Shown: piece after piece, positions 22,245-30,216 of the stretch | How the letters are laid out: every line of letters begins with the position of its first letter | How positions within the stretch are numbered: position 1 is the stretch's first letter | DNA from: an uncultured Candidatus Rokubacteria bacterium | GTDB lineage: Bacteria > Methylomirabilota > Methylomirabilia > Rokubacteriales > DASRDR01 | Length of the DNA stretch: 64,000 nt | NCBI GenBank assembly: GCA_963826115.1 | Contig: CAWGVS010000007.1 | Location: 1-64,000, forward strand | Reading direction: 5' to 3' | The notes under the pieces: generated by a model | Databases searched by the model: none | What the model was told of the DNA's origin: nothing | Seen by the model: the letters and a program-made list of their open reading frames with translations, nothing else | Program-made: the position numbers and the translations under genes

Positions 22245-24050
22245 TTACCCCCGTCCCGACCCGATGCGTGAAGTCACGGCCCGGGTCCGGATCTCGGCCG
22301 TGACCTCGGCGAGGAACCGGTCGAGGGGCATGGCCCCGACGTCCTCGCCGCCTCGCTTGCGAACGCTCGCGGTGCCCTCGCGAGCCTCCCGCTCCCCCAC
22401 CACCAGCACGTACGGCACCTTCTGGAGCTGCGCCTCGCGCACCTTGTACCCGAGCTTCTCCGAGCGGTCGTCGAGCTCCGCCCGGACCGCCACCTCGAGC
22501 AGGCGGCGGTGCACCTGGGTCGCGTACTCGGCGTGCTTGGCCGAGACCGGCAGGACCCGGGCCTGGACCGGCGCCAGCCACGCCGGAAACGCCCCCGCGA
22601 AGTGCTCGATCAGGATGCCGATGAAGCGCTCGTACGAGCCCAGGATCGCGCGGTGGATCACGATCGGCCGCTTCGCCCGGTTGTCCGCGTCGACGAACTC
22701 GAGGTCGAAGCGCTCCGGCAGCATCGTCAGGTCGGCCTGGACGGTGGCCATCTGCCAGTCCCGCCCGAGGACGTCCTCGATGTGGATGTCGATCTTGGGC
22801 GCGTAGAAGGCGCCGTCGCCCGGCTTGAGCGTGAACGGGAGCCCGTTCAGCCGGAGCGCCTCCTCGAGGGCGCGCTCGGCGTGGTCCCACTGCTCCGCGG
22901 TCCCGAGGTACTTCTCCGGGCGCGTGGCGAGCTTGAACGTCGGCTCGATCCCGAAGGTCCCGTAGAAGACCTTGACGATCTCGAGCACGCCCGCGATCTC
23001 GCCCTGGAGCTGGTCCGGGCGGCAGTAGATGTGGGCGTCGTCCATCGTGATCTGGCGGACCCGGAACAGCCCGGTCAGGGTGCCGGAGCGCTCGTTCCGG
23101 TGGAGCCGCCCCATCTCCGAGAAGCGGAGCGGGAGGTCCCGGTAGGAACGCAGCGCGTGCCGGTAGGCGTACGTGGACTCGGGGCAGTTCATGGGTTTCA
23201 GGCTGAAGGTCTGCTCCTCCGCCTCGACCTTGAACATGTTCTCCGAGTAGTGCTCCCAGTGACCCGACTGCTCCCAGAGCCGCTTGTTCACGAGGATCGG
23301 CGTCGCGATCTCCTGGTAGCCCCGCGCGTCCTGGAGCTCCCGCGCGTAGCGCTCGAGCTCGCGGAACACGATCATGCCCTTGGGGAGCCAGAACGGCGCC
23401 CCCGGCGAGACGTCGTGGAACATGATGAGGTCGAGCTCGCGGCCGAGCTTCCGGTGGTCGCGCCGCTTCGCCTCCTCGATGCTCCAGACGTGCTTGTCGA
23501 GCTCCTCCTGCGTGAACCAGGCCGTCCCGTAGATGCGCTGGAGCATCGGCCGGTGCTCGTCGCCCCGCCAGTAGGCGCCGGACGAGGAGAGGAGCTTGAA
23601 GGCCTGGATGTGGCCCGTGGACGGCACGTGGGGACCCCGGCAGAGGTCGACGAAGTCGCCCTGGCGGTAGAAGGAGACCCGTGTGACGTCGGGCGGCAGG
23701 GACTCCAGGATCTCGACCTTGAAGGGCTCGTCGATCTCCTCTCGGTAGTACCGGACCGCTTCCGCGCGCGACCGCTCCTCGCGGACGATCGGGTAGTCCG
23801 CCTTCGCGAGGTCCCTCATGCGCTCCTCGAGGCGGGCGAGGTCGTCCTCGGTGAAGGGCACGTCGCGGTGGAAGTCGTAGTAGAAGCCGTTCTCGATGGG
23901 CGGTCCGATGGCGAGCTTCACCCCCGGGAACAGCTGCCGCACCGCCTGGGCGAGGAGGTGCGCCGTGGAGTGCCGGAGCGTGGGCAGGGGCTCGGGCGCG
24001 CAGTCGTACTCGCCCGCTCCCGTCAGGTGCGAATGTGCCTCGTCCGACAT
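22245..24050 (-). CDS. thrS: Threonine-tRNA ligase (short form lacking the N-terminal TGS domain)
   Basis: LRHSTAH, DLCRGPH, KPMNCP, IHRAILGSYERF. Confidence 0.98.
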   Translation of the reverse strand: MSDEAHSHLTGAGEYDCAPEPLPTLRHSTAHLLAQAVRQLFPGVKLAIGPPIENGFYYDFHRDVPFTEDDLARLEERMRDLAKADYPIVREERSRAEAVRYYREEIDEPFKVEILESLPPDVTRVSFYRQGDFVDLCRGPHVPSTGHIQAFKLLSSSGAYWRGDEHRPMLQRIYGTAWFTQEELDKHVWSIEEAKRRDHRKLGRELDLIMFHDVSPGAPFWLPKGMIVFRELERYARELQDARGYQEIATPILVNKRLWEQSGHWEHYSENMFKVEAEEQTFSLKPMNCPESTYAYRHALRSYRDLPLRFSEMGRLHRNERSGTLTGLFRVRQITMDDAHIYCRPDQLQGEIAGVLEIVKVFYGTFGIEPTFKLATRPEKYLGTAEQWDHAERALEEALRLNGLPFTLKPGDGAFYAPKIDIHIEDVLGRDWQMATVQADLTMLPERFDLEFVDADNRAKRPIVIHRAILGSYERFIGILIEHFAGAFPAWLAPVQARVLPVSAKHAEYATQVHRRLLEVAVRAELDDRSEKLGYKVREAQLQKVPYVLVVGEREAREGTASVRKRGGEDVGAMPLDRFLAEVTAEIRTRAVTSRIGSGRG

Positions 24051-24088
24051 CCTGTCCGCCGAATCTCCTTCCGGACCCTCAGGTCCTC

Positions 24089-24125
24089 AAGACAACAACA
24101 TCACGAAGGTCACCCTTCGTGATGC
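24089..24125 (-). terminator. Terminator-like hairpin between tRNA-Val and thrS
   Basis: Perfect 11-bp stem CATCACGAAGG/CCTTCGTGATG with GTGA loop, followed by TTGTTGTCTT. Confidence 0.55.
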
Positions 24126-24192
24126 TCGACGAGCCGCCTCACTCGGGTCGCTCACGTCGTGCGTCAGGACACCCCTCGCGCGATGTCGTGCG

Positions 24193-24267
24193 TGGTAGGG
24201 ACGGGCGGTTTCGAACCGCCGACCTCCTGTGCGTCAGACAGGCGCTCTCCCACTGAGCTACGTCCCT
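24193..24267 (-). tRNA. tRNA-Val (GAC)
   Basis: Reverse complement AGGGACGTAGCTCAGTGGGAGAGCGCCTGTCTGACGCACAGGAGGTCGGCGGTTCGAAACCGCCCGTCCCTACCA folds as a cloverleaf. Confidence 0.95.
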
Positions 24268-24284
24268 GGCCTGGAGCGTAAAAC

Positions 24285-24314
24285 AGCGTACCAACCGACA
24301 CTTTCGACTGTCAA
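24285..24314 (-). promoter_or_regulatory. sigma70 promoter of tRNA-Val/thrS
   Basis: TTGACA-18 bp-TACGCT with TGG extension. Confidence 0.75.
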
Positions 24315-24326
24315 GCGCCATACCCC

Positions 24327-25844
24327 TCAGGGGCTCGTCCGGGTGATCCGGCCCTCGACGGTCGGGGCGATGGCCCCCGCCCGCTCGATGGCCTCGAGAA
24401 GGGTCTCGGCCAGGCCCGGCCCGTCCTGGGGGAACACGAGCGGCTTCGCCGTGGCCAGCATGGCGTACCCGTCGCCGCCCGCCGCCGTGTAGCTGTTGGT
24501 CGCCAGGGTGTAGCGCCGGTCGGGCTCGAGCGGCGTCCCGTTCACCAGCACCCGGACGACCCGCTGGCCGGGCGGCCGCGCCGGGTCGAAGGCGAACGTG
24601 AGCCCCGACACCTGGAGGAACCCGCCGGATTCCCGAGGGTAGGTGGCGACGGAGCGCTCCAGGACCTCCACGAGGACCTTGCCGGGCACCTCGAGCATGA
24701 CGAGGACGTTCAGGAAGGGCAGGAGCGCGTTGACGTCGCGCTTGCTGATGGGACCGGCCGGCACCACCTGGTTCCCGCGGATTCCCCCGCCGTTCATGAC
24801 CGCGACGTCGGCGCGGAGCCGGGCGCGCATCACGTCGGTGACGAGGTTGCCCACGTTGGTCTCGCCCGTGCGGAGCGCGGCGTTGCGCGCGTCGAGCGGC
24901 ACCCGGCTCTCGCCGATCCGCACGTCGAGCGCCGCGCCGAGACGAGCCTGGTAGCGCTCGACGAGGGCGGCCATCGCGGGATCCTCGGGCAGCTCCGGCG
25001 TGACCGCGATGAACCGGTGCTGGCGGGCCAGCACCTTCCCGTCCCGGGTCACCTGGAGGTCGACGCGCACGACGAACACGCCGTCCGCCCCCGCCTTGGT
25101 GATCAGCGTGTCTCCCACCACGTTCTCCAGCGGGTCGTGCTCGTGGCCGCCGATGACCAGGTGGATCCCAGGGACCTCGCGCGCCATCCGCTCGTCGGCC
25201 GGCATGTCCTGATGGGTGACCGCGACGACGATCGGGCGGCGGCCGGTGCGGAGCTCGGCGACCGCCGTCCGCGCGGTGGCGATCGGATCGCGGAACTCGA
25301 CCCCCGGCCCCGGGCTCGACGTCTGCGGCGTGTCGGCGACGGTCAGCCCGAAGAAGCCCACCTGGACGCCGTCGCGCTCGACCACGTGTGTCGCGCGCGC
25401 GCCGCCGAACGGCCGGCCGGTGCTCCGGTCCAGCACGTTGCTGGACACCCACGTGAAGCGCGACTCCTGCATCCGCGCGAGCAGCGTCGCCGGGCCGAAG
25501 TCGAACTCGTGGTTGCCGAACGTGGCGACGTCGAGCCCGAGCTGGTTCCAGGCGGCGATCATCTGCTCGCCCCGGAGCACCGCCGACATGATGGACGGCG
25601 AGATGGTGTCCCCGGCCAGGGCGAGCAGCGTGTGCGGCGACTCCTGGCGCGTCCGCGCGACGAGGGTGGCGATGCGCGCCATGCCGCCCTTCTGGCGCTC
25701 GCGGTCGACGGGCTCCAGGATGTAGTGGTCGTTGAACTGGAGGAACGTGAGGCGGACCGGCGGGCGGTCGGGCTCGCGCACCACGCAGCCCGCGAGGAGC
25801 CCGAGGGCGACGACCGGCAGAAACAGGCGGCGGACGCGGGTCAT
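24327..25844 (-). CDS. 5'-nucleotidase/UDP-sugar hydrolase family lipoprotein
   Basis: LAGC lipobox; NDHY, GDT, GNHEFD and GGHEH metallophosphoesterase motifs; NGGGIRG C-terminal domain. Confidence 0.92.
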   Translation of the reverse strand: MTRVRRLFLPVVALGLLAGCVVREPDRPPVRLTFLQFNDHYILEPVDRERQKGGMARIATLVARTRQESPHTLLALAGDTISPSIMSAVLRGEQMIAAWNQLGLDVATFGNHEFDFGPATLLARMQESRFTWVSSNVLDRSTGRPFGGARATHVVERDGVQVGFFGLTVADTPQTSSPGPGVEFRDPIATARTAVAELRTGRRPIVVAVTHQDMPADERMAREVPGIHLVIGGHEHDPLENVVGDTLITKAGADGVFVVRVDLQVTRDGKVLARQHRFIAVTPELPEDPAMAALVERYQARLGAALDVRIGESRVPLDARNAALRTGETNVGNLVTDVMRARLRADVAVMNGGGIRGNQVVPAGPISKRDVNALLPFLNVLVMLEVPGKVLVEVLERSVATYPRESGGFLQVSGLTFAFDPARPPGQRVVRVLVNGTPLEPDRRYTLATNSYTAAGGDGYAMLATAKPLVFPQDGPGLAETLLEAIERAGAIAPTVEGRITRTSP

Positions 25845-26361
25845 TGCTCCCCCTTCAGCACGTAGTTGAAATTGATGCTAATCGGAAGCTCGTCCCCTTC
25901 GATGAAGGCCGGAATCGGCGGGAACGGCTGCGCCATGCGGATCGCGTTCGAGATGTAGCTGTCGAGGATTCGCGCCCCGAGGAGCGGACGATCTCCACCG
26001 TGCGCAGCGAGCCGTCCCTCCGCACGACGAACCGAAGCTCGCCCTGGCCCGACTGCCCTTGCCGGGCCGCCTCGGCGGGGTAGGACCACTTGTCCTCGAT
26101 ACGCCGCTTGAGCTCGGCGAAGTACTCGGCGTAACGCGGGTCCGACGTGTTCAGCGGAACGGCCCCGGAACCCTGGGCGCCGGGATCCGCGGGGGCGGGC
26201 GGGAGCCGCGACAGGTCCAGTTTCGGGGCGTTCAGCGAGTACCGCCGACCGGCGTGCCATGACGCGGGCGCGTCGGTCGAAGGGGCCGGCTGTCGCGCGG
26301 CGCAGGCGGCGAGGCCGCCCGACAGCAGGAGCGGCAGCAGGACGCCCGGCGGCCGGCTCAC
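25841..26361 (-). CDS. Lipoprotein with TonB C-terminal domain (apparent -1 frameshift near 25976)
   Basis: LAAC lipobox; domain nearly identical to the upstream TonB CTD; adding one G to GGGG restores SSGARILDSYISNAIR; overlaps both neighbouring genes. Confidence 0.75.
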
Positions 26362-27449
26362 CGGAAGCCGAAGGCTCGGATGCCGCCCAGCACGTAGTTG
26401 AAGTTGATGCTGATCGGGAGGACGTCCTCGCCCACTGCGGCGGGGATTGGCGGGAACGGCTGCGCCATGCGGATCGCGTTCGAGATGTAGCTGTCCAGGA
26501 TCCGCACTCCCGAGGAGCTGACGATCTCCACGGTGCGCACCGAACCGTCCTTCCTCAGCACGAACCGGAGCTCGCCCCGTCCGGACTGCCCGTTGCGGGC
26601 CGCCTCCTCGGGGTAGGTCCACTTGTCCTCGATGCGCCGCTTGAGCTCGGCGAAGTACTCGGCGTAGCGCGGATCCGGCGTGTTGAGCGGCACCGCGATC
26701 TGCCCCTCGCTCGAGGTCCCATGCTCCCCCGCCCCCGTCCCCTCGGACTCCGCCCCGCCTCGTCCCGACGGCGCCGGCAGGGGCGGCACGTCCAGCTTCG
26801 GCGTGAGCAAGGAGTAGCGCTGCCCCGCCCACGGCGACTCCGCCGGCGCCTCGGCGGGGCCGGGTTGCGGAGGCCGCGCCGCCGGTGCGCTCGGCCCGGA
26901 CGAGGACTCGGAAGGGCGCGGGGCCGCCGGCGCCGGCTCCACCGACGGTGCCGGGGCCGGGGGCGCCGCCGGGGTCGGCGGCGGCGACGGCGCGGGCTCG
27001 GGCGCGCGCGCGACCACCGGCGGGGCCGGCGGCGAGGGCGCGGCCGGCGTCGGAGCGGGCGCAGGAGGAGCGGGCGCCGGCGCAGGCGGCTCGGGTGTGG
27101 CCGGTGGCGGCGACGGCTCGGGCGCCTTGGCCACGCTCGGCGGCGGAGGCGCCTGCGGACGCGGCGCGGGCGCCGGCCGCGCGGCGGCGGGCGGTGTCGG
27201 CCGCGGCGTGGGGGCACGCGGCGGCGGTGGAGTCTCGGGGCGCACCAGCGGCGGGCCCGCATCAGCCGGAGGCAGCTCCACGATCAGCGGCGCCCGGGAC
27301 GGCGGCGCCTGGGGGCCCTCCCGCGCCAGCCACATGAGGATGCCCACGCCGACGACGACGTGCAGGACGAGCGAGGCCCACACGAGGCGAGCGAAGGAGG
27401 GCCGGCGGAGACGCCGCCAAGAGCGGGCGAGCGAGCGGCGGAAAGCCAT
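26358..27449 (-). CDS. TonB/TolA-family energy transducer
   Basis: TM anchor with SxxxH (SLVLH), long Pro/Ala linker, WTYPEEA...SSGVRILD C-terminal domain. Confidence 0.85.
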   Translation of the reverse strand: MAFRRSLARSWRRLRRPSFARLVWASLVLHVVVGVGILMWLAREGPQAPPSRAPLIVELPPADAGPPLVRPETPPPPRAPTPRPTPPAAARPAPAPRPQAPPPPSVAKAPEPSPPPATPEPPAPAPAPPAPAPTPAAPSPPAPPVVARAPEPAPSPPPTPAAPPAPAPSVEPAPAAPRPSESSSGPSAPAARPPQPGPAEAPAESPWAGQRYSLLTPKLDVPPLPAPSGRGGAESEGTGAGEHGTSSEGQIAVPLNTPDPRYAEYFAELKRRIEDKWTYPEEAARNGQSGRGELRFVLRKDGSVRTVEIVSSSGVRILDSYISNAIRMAQPFPPIPAAVGEDVLPISINFNYVLGGIRAFGFR

Positions 27450-27545
27450 GGCTCCCGCTTCATTATGCCACCGCGGGGCCGCCTGACCGCGTGGCCCGCG
27501 ACACGCGCGCCGCGCCCCTACGTGTCCGAGCCCGGACGGCCTGCC

Positions 27546-27597
27546 TGACACGCTTCGTCAGTGACGATCCCCGCTGATCTCCTGACTTTTCTCGTCA
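27546..27597. promoter_or_regulatory. Two TGAC-N7-GTCA palindromes, candidate enhancer-binding protein sites
   Basis: TGACacgcttcGTCA at 27546-27560 and TGACttttctcGTCA at 27583-27597, about 105-160 bp upstream of a sigma54 motif. Confidence 0.6.
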
Positions 27598-27703
27598 CTG
27601 CGAAAGCAGCTCCGCGGGCCCGAAACCGCAGGATTCGCGGCCCGCGTGGCCCTGGCCGGCTTCGGCGCCCCGTAGCCGGGCCCGTGGCGGACGCCGGGGC
27701 GCT

Positions 27704-27719
27704 CGGTACGGGGCTTGCT
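27704..27719 (+). promoter_or_regulatory. sigma54 (-24/-12) promoter of the collagen-like gene
   Basis: CGGTAC-GGGGC-TTGCT, GG-N10-GC spacing. Confidence 0.65.
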
Positions 27720-27770
27720 CTTTCCCGCCCACCGACCCGACTCGGTCTCGGGCCGGACAAGGAGGAAACC

Positions 27771-28478
27771 ATGAGTGAGCGACGCCCGTCGTTCGTCACG
27801 GGACTGGTTCCCGCGGCGGTGCTGGTGGTCGGGACGCTGTTCGGCTCCGCCGCCCCAGCCAGTGCTCAGAGCGCCGGTTACCTGAGGGCCTGCATCCACG
27901 TCGATCGCGACGGCGACCTCAACGGCCGACTTCGCATCGTCGAGCCAGGCCAGGGCTGCTGGCGCAACGAGGCGCTCGTCATGCTGCCTCTCGGCACGAG
28001 CGGCATTCCCGGCCCGACGGGCCCCGCGGGGCCGCAGGGCAAGCAAGGTATCCAGGGTCCCGCCGGCCCGCAGGGGCCGCGGGGTTCCAACGGTCCCGCC
28101 GGTCCCCAAGGTCCTCGTGGCCTCCAGGGTCTGACCGGGCAGACGGGACTCCGGGGCGCGACCGGGCCGCAGGGTCCTCCGGGCCCAGCGAGCAGCGGCG
28201 GCGGCGACGCCTACGAGGGCGGCGAGATCACGGGCGTCCTCACAGAGTGCAACGTGGCGCGGGAGGACTCAATGGTCTTCCTGAACGGGCACTCGTTCGT
28301 CGTGTACTTCGGTCCCGACGCGACCGGGAACGTCACCGGAGCGTTCACGATGCACCACGTCCCCCCGGGAACGTACGACCTCCACCTGGTCACCTTCAAC
28401 ATGAAGAGCCGGATCGACGTCAGTGTGGTCGGGGGTCAGACCACCGACGTCGGCCTCCGGAACCTCTGCTCCGACTAG
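27771..28478 (+). CDS. Secreted collagen-like protein with C-terminal carboxypeptidase-regulatory-like beta sandwich
   Basis: RBS AAGGAGG; signal peptide ending ASA; ~22 uninterrupted Gly-X-Y triplets; [15 protein letters not shown]. Confidence 0.85.
   Translation: MSERRPSFVTGLVPAAVLVVGTLFGSAAPASAQSAGYLRACIHVDRDGDLNGRLRIVEPGQGCWRNEALVMLPLGTSGIPGPTGPAGPQGKQGIQGPAGPQGPRGSNGPAGPQGPRGLQGLTGQTGLRGATGPQGPPGPASSGGGDAYEGGEITGVLTECNVAREDSMVFLNGHSFVVYFGPDATGNVTGAFTMHHVPPGTYDLHLVTFNMKSRIDVSVVGGQTTDVGLRNLCSD
27993..28190 (+). repeat. Collagen Gly-X-Y coding repeat
   Basis: [18 protein letters not shown] ... GPP GPA. Confidence 0.9.
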
Positions 28479-28485
28479 CCGCCCG

Positions 28486-28524
28486 GGACGCGGGAGTGCA
28501 GCCCCACGGCTGCACTCCCCGTCC
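28486..28524. terminator. Hairpin between the convergent collagen-like and DAHP synthase genes
   Basis: Perfect 12-bp stem GGGAGTGCAGCC/GGCTGCACTCCC; no U tract. Confidence 0.55.
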
Positions 28525-28526
28525 GC

Positions 28527-29543
28527 TCACAGCGTCCGACCCAGCGCCGTGGCCAGGACGCGGAGCTCGCCCATCAGCTTCGCGAACTTGTCGGGCTTGA
28601 GGGACTGAGGTCCGTCGGAGAGCGCCTCCTCCGGCCGGTGGTGCACCTCGATGATGAGCCCGTCCGCGCCGCACGCGATCCCGGCCTTGGCCATCGGCGC
28701 CACGTACTCCCAGTGCCCGGTTCCGTGGCTCGGGTCGACGACGATCGGCAGGTGCGACAGCTTCTTGATCACCGGGACGGCGTTGAGGTCCAGCGTGTAG
28801 CGGGTGGTCGTCTCGAACGTCCGGATGCCGCGCTCGCAGAGGATGACGTTCGGGTTGCCGCCGGCCAGCACGTACTCCGCGGAGAGCAGGAATTCCTTGA
28901 TGGTCGTCGCCATCCCGCGCTTCAGGAGCACGGGCTTGCCGCACTGCCCGACCTCTTTGAGGAGCGAGAAGTTCTGCACGTTGCGGGCGCCGATCTGGAG
29001 GATGTCCGCGTGCTCCGCGACCACGCCCACCTTGTCCGGCTCGAGGACCTCGGTGACCACGGGCAGGCCCGTCGCCTTGCGCGCCTCGGCCAGGAGCCGG
29101 AGCCCTTCCTCCTCGAGCCCCTGGAACGCGTAGGGCGACGTGCGGGGCTTGAACGCCCCGCCGCGCAGGATGTGCGCGCCACCCGCCTTGACGCCCTCGG
29201 CCACCGTGCGCAGCTGGTCCCACGACTCGACGCCGCAGGGCCCGGCCATCACGGCGATGCGCCCGCCGCCGATCTCGACGCCGTCGACCCGCACGACGGT
29301 GTCGGTCGGGCGTACCTCGCGGCTCGCCAGCTTGAACGGCTGGAGGATCGGCACCATGCTCTCCACGCACTCCAGGGCCCCGAGCGCCTGGAGCCGCGTC
29401 TTGAACCGGTCGTCGCCGATGGCGCCGATCACCGTGCGCTGCTCGCCGCGGCTCACGTGCGCCCTGAGCCCGAGCGCCTCGATGCGCCGGCACATGTCCT
29501 CGATGTCTCCGTCCGCGGTCCCCGGCTTCAGCACGATGATCAT
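28527..29543 (-). CDS. aroF: DAHP synthase type I-beta with N-terminal ACT-like domain
   Basis: [48 protein letters not shown]. Confidence 0.95.
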   Translation of the reverse strand: MIIVLKPGTADGDIEDMCRRIEALGLRAHVSRGEQRTVIGAIGDDRFKTRLQALGALECVESMVPILQPFKLASREVRPTDTVVRVDGVEIGGGRIAVMAGPCGVESWDQLRTVAEGVKAGGAHILRGGAFKPRTSPYAFQGLEEEGLRLLAEARKATGLPVVTEVLEPDKVGVVAEHADILQIGARNVQNFSLLKEVGQCGKPVLLKRGMATTIKEFLLSAEYVLAGGNPNVILCERGIRTFETTTRYTLDLNAVPVIKKLSHLPIVVDPSHGTGHWEYVAPMAKAGIACGADGLIIEVHHRPEEALSDGPQSLKPDKFAKLMGELRVLATALGRTL

Positions 29544-29591
29544 CGCGAGGTCCTTTCTGTGGGCGGGGCGGCGGGGCCTGGCTCGCGCCCC

Positions 29592-29641
29592 AAAACGCAA
29601 AAGGGGCCACGGGCGGCGGCTCCGTCCGCCCGTGGCCCCTT
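29592..29641 (-). terminator. Attenuator terminator upstream of aroF
   Basis: GGGGCCACGGGCGG / CCGCCCGTGGCCCC stem followed by TTTTGCGTTTT. Confidence 0.88.
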
Positions 29642-29658
29642 GGTCGTTTCGGTTCGCG

Positions 29659-29739
29659 CTACGGCATGGGGCCGCCGGGCAGACGGTAGCTAAAGTAATA
29701 GCCGAAGAAGCCCGTCCGACCCGCGTCCCGCGACCGCAT
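29659..29739 (-). CDS. Phe/Tyr-rich leader peptide [26 protein letters not shown]
   Basis: 26 codons with 6 of 8 consecutive codons Phe/Tyr; lies between the promoter and terminator upstream of aroF. Confidence 0.85.
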   Translation of the reverse strand: MRSRDAGRTGFFGYYFSYRLPGGPMP

Positions 29740-29749
29740 GGTGCCGTGG

Positions 29750-29779
29750 AGCATAGGCGTGGGCCGGGGGCCTTGTCAA
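29750..29779 (-). promoter_or_regulatory. sigma70 promoter of leader-aroF
   Basis: TTGACA-18 bp-TATGCT ending 10 nt before the leader ATG. Confidence 0.75.
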
Positions 29780-29880
29780 GAAGGCGTATCGCGCCAGAGC
29801 AACTGTTACCGACGACAGGATCGTCGCGCCATGAACGTGGTCACCGGCCGCGGCCCTCGGGGCCGGAGGAGGGAGACCAC

Positions 29881-30012
29881 GTGGGGGCAGGGGCGCGACG
29901 AGCGTACGTGCAAGCGATCGGGCCACGGTACCGAACGGCGTCGCGGGCGGACAAGGGACGGATTCTGGACGAGTTCTGTCAGGTCACCGGCTATCACCGG
30001 AAGTCGGCGTTG
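29881..30012 (+). mobile_element. Remnant of a transposase N-terminus (ISNCY-like/integrase-core type)
   Basis: RYRTASRADKGRILDEFCQVTGYHRKSA after a strong RBS; no DDE domain follows. Confidence 0.7.
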
Positions 30013-30216
30013 CCGCTCCCCCGGCTCCCCCAGGCGCGCCGCCTTCGGGCTCGACCTCGTCGCGCCTACACCTTCGGCAACCACCTGCGCCGGCCGCGGC
30101 GCCCGCGCCCTCGGGTCACCACATGATGGCGCGACGATCCCCTCGGAAAGTAACCGGGAGAAATGGCTCGACAGGGGGCCGGCGACGCCCCAGGGGCCAG
30201 CGCCCGCGGGCCCGGC

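Noticed and set aside
25970-25982. Phase variation by slipped-strand mispairing at the frameshift sites
   Set aside because: Runs are only 4-5 nt, too short for typical phase-variable tracts, and essential pheT shows the same kind of defect
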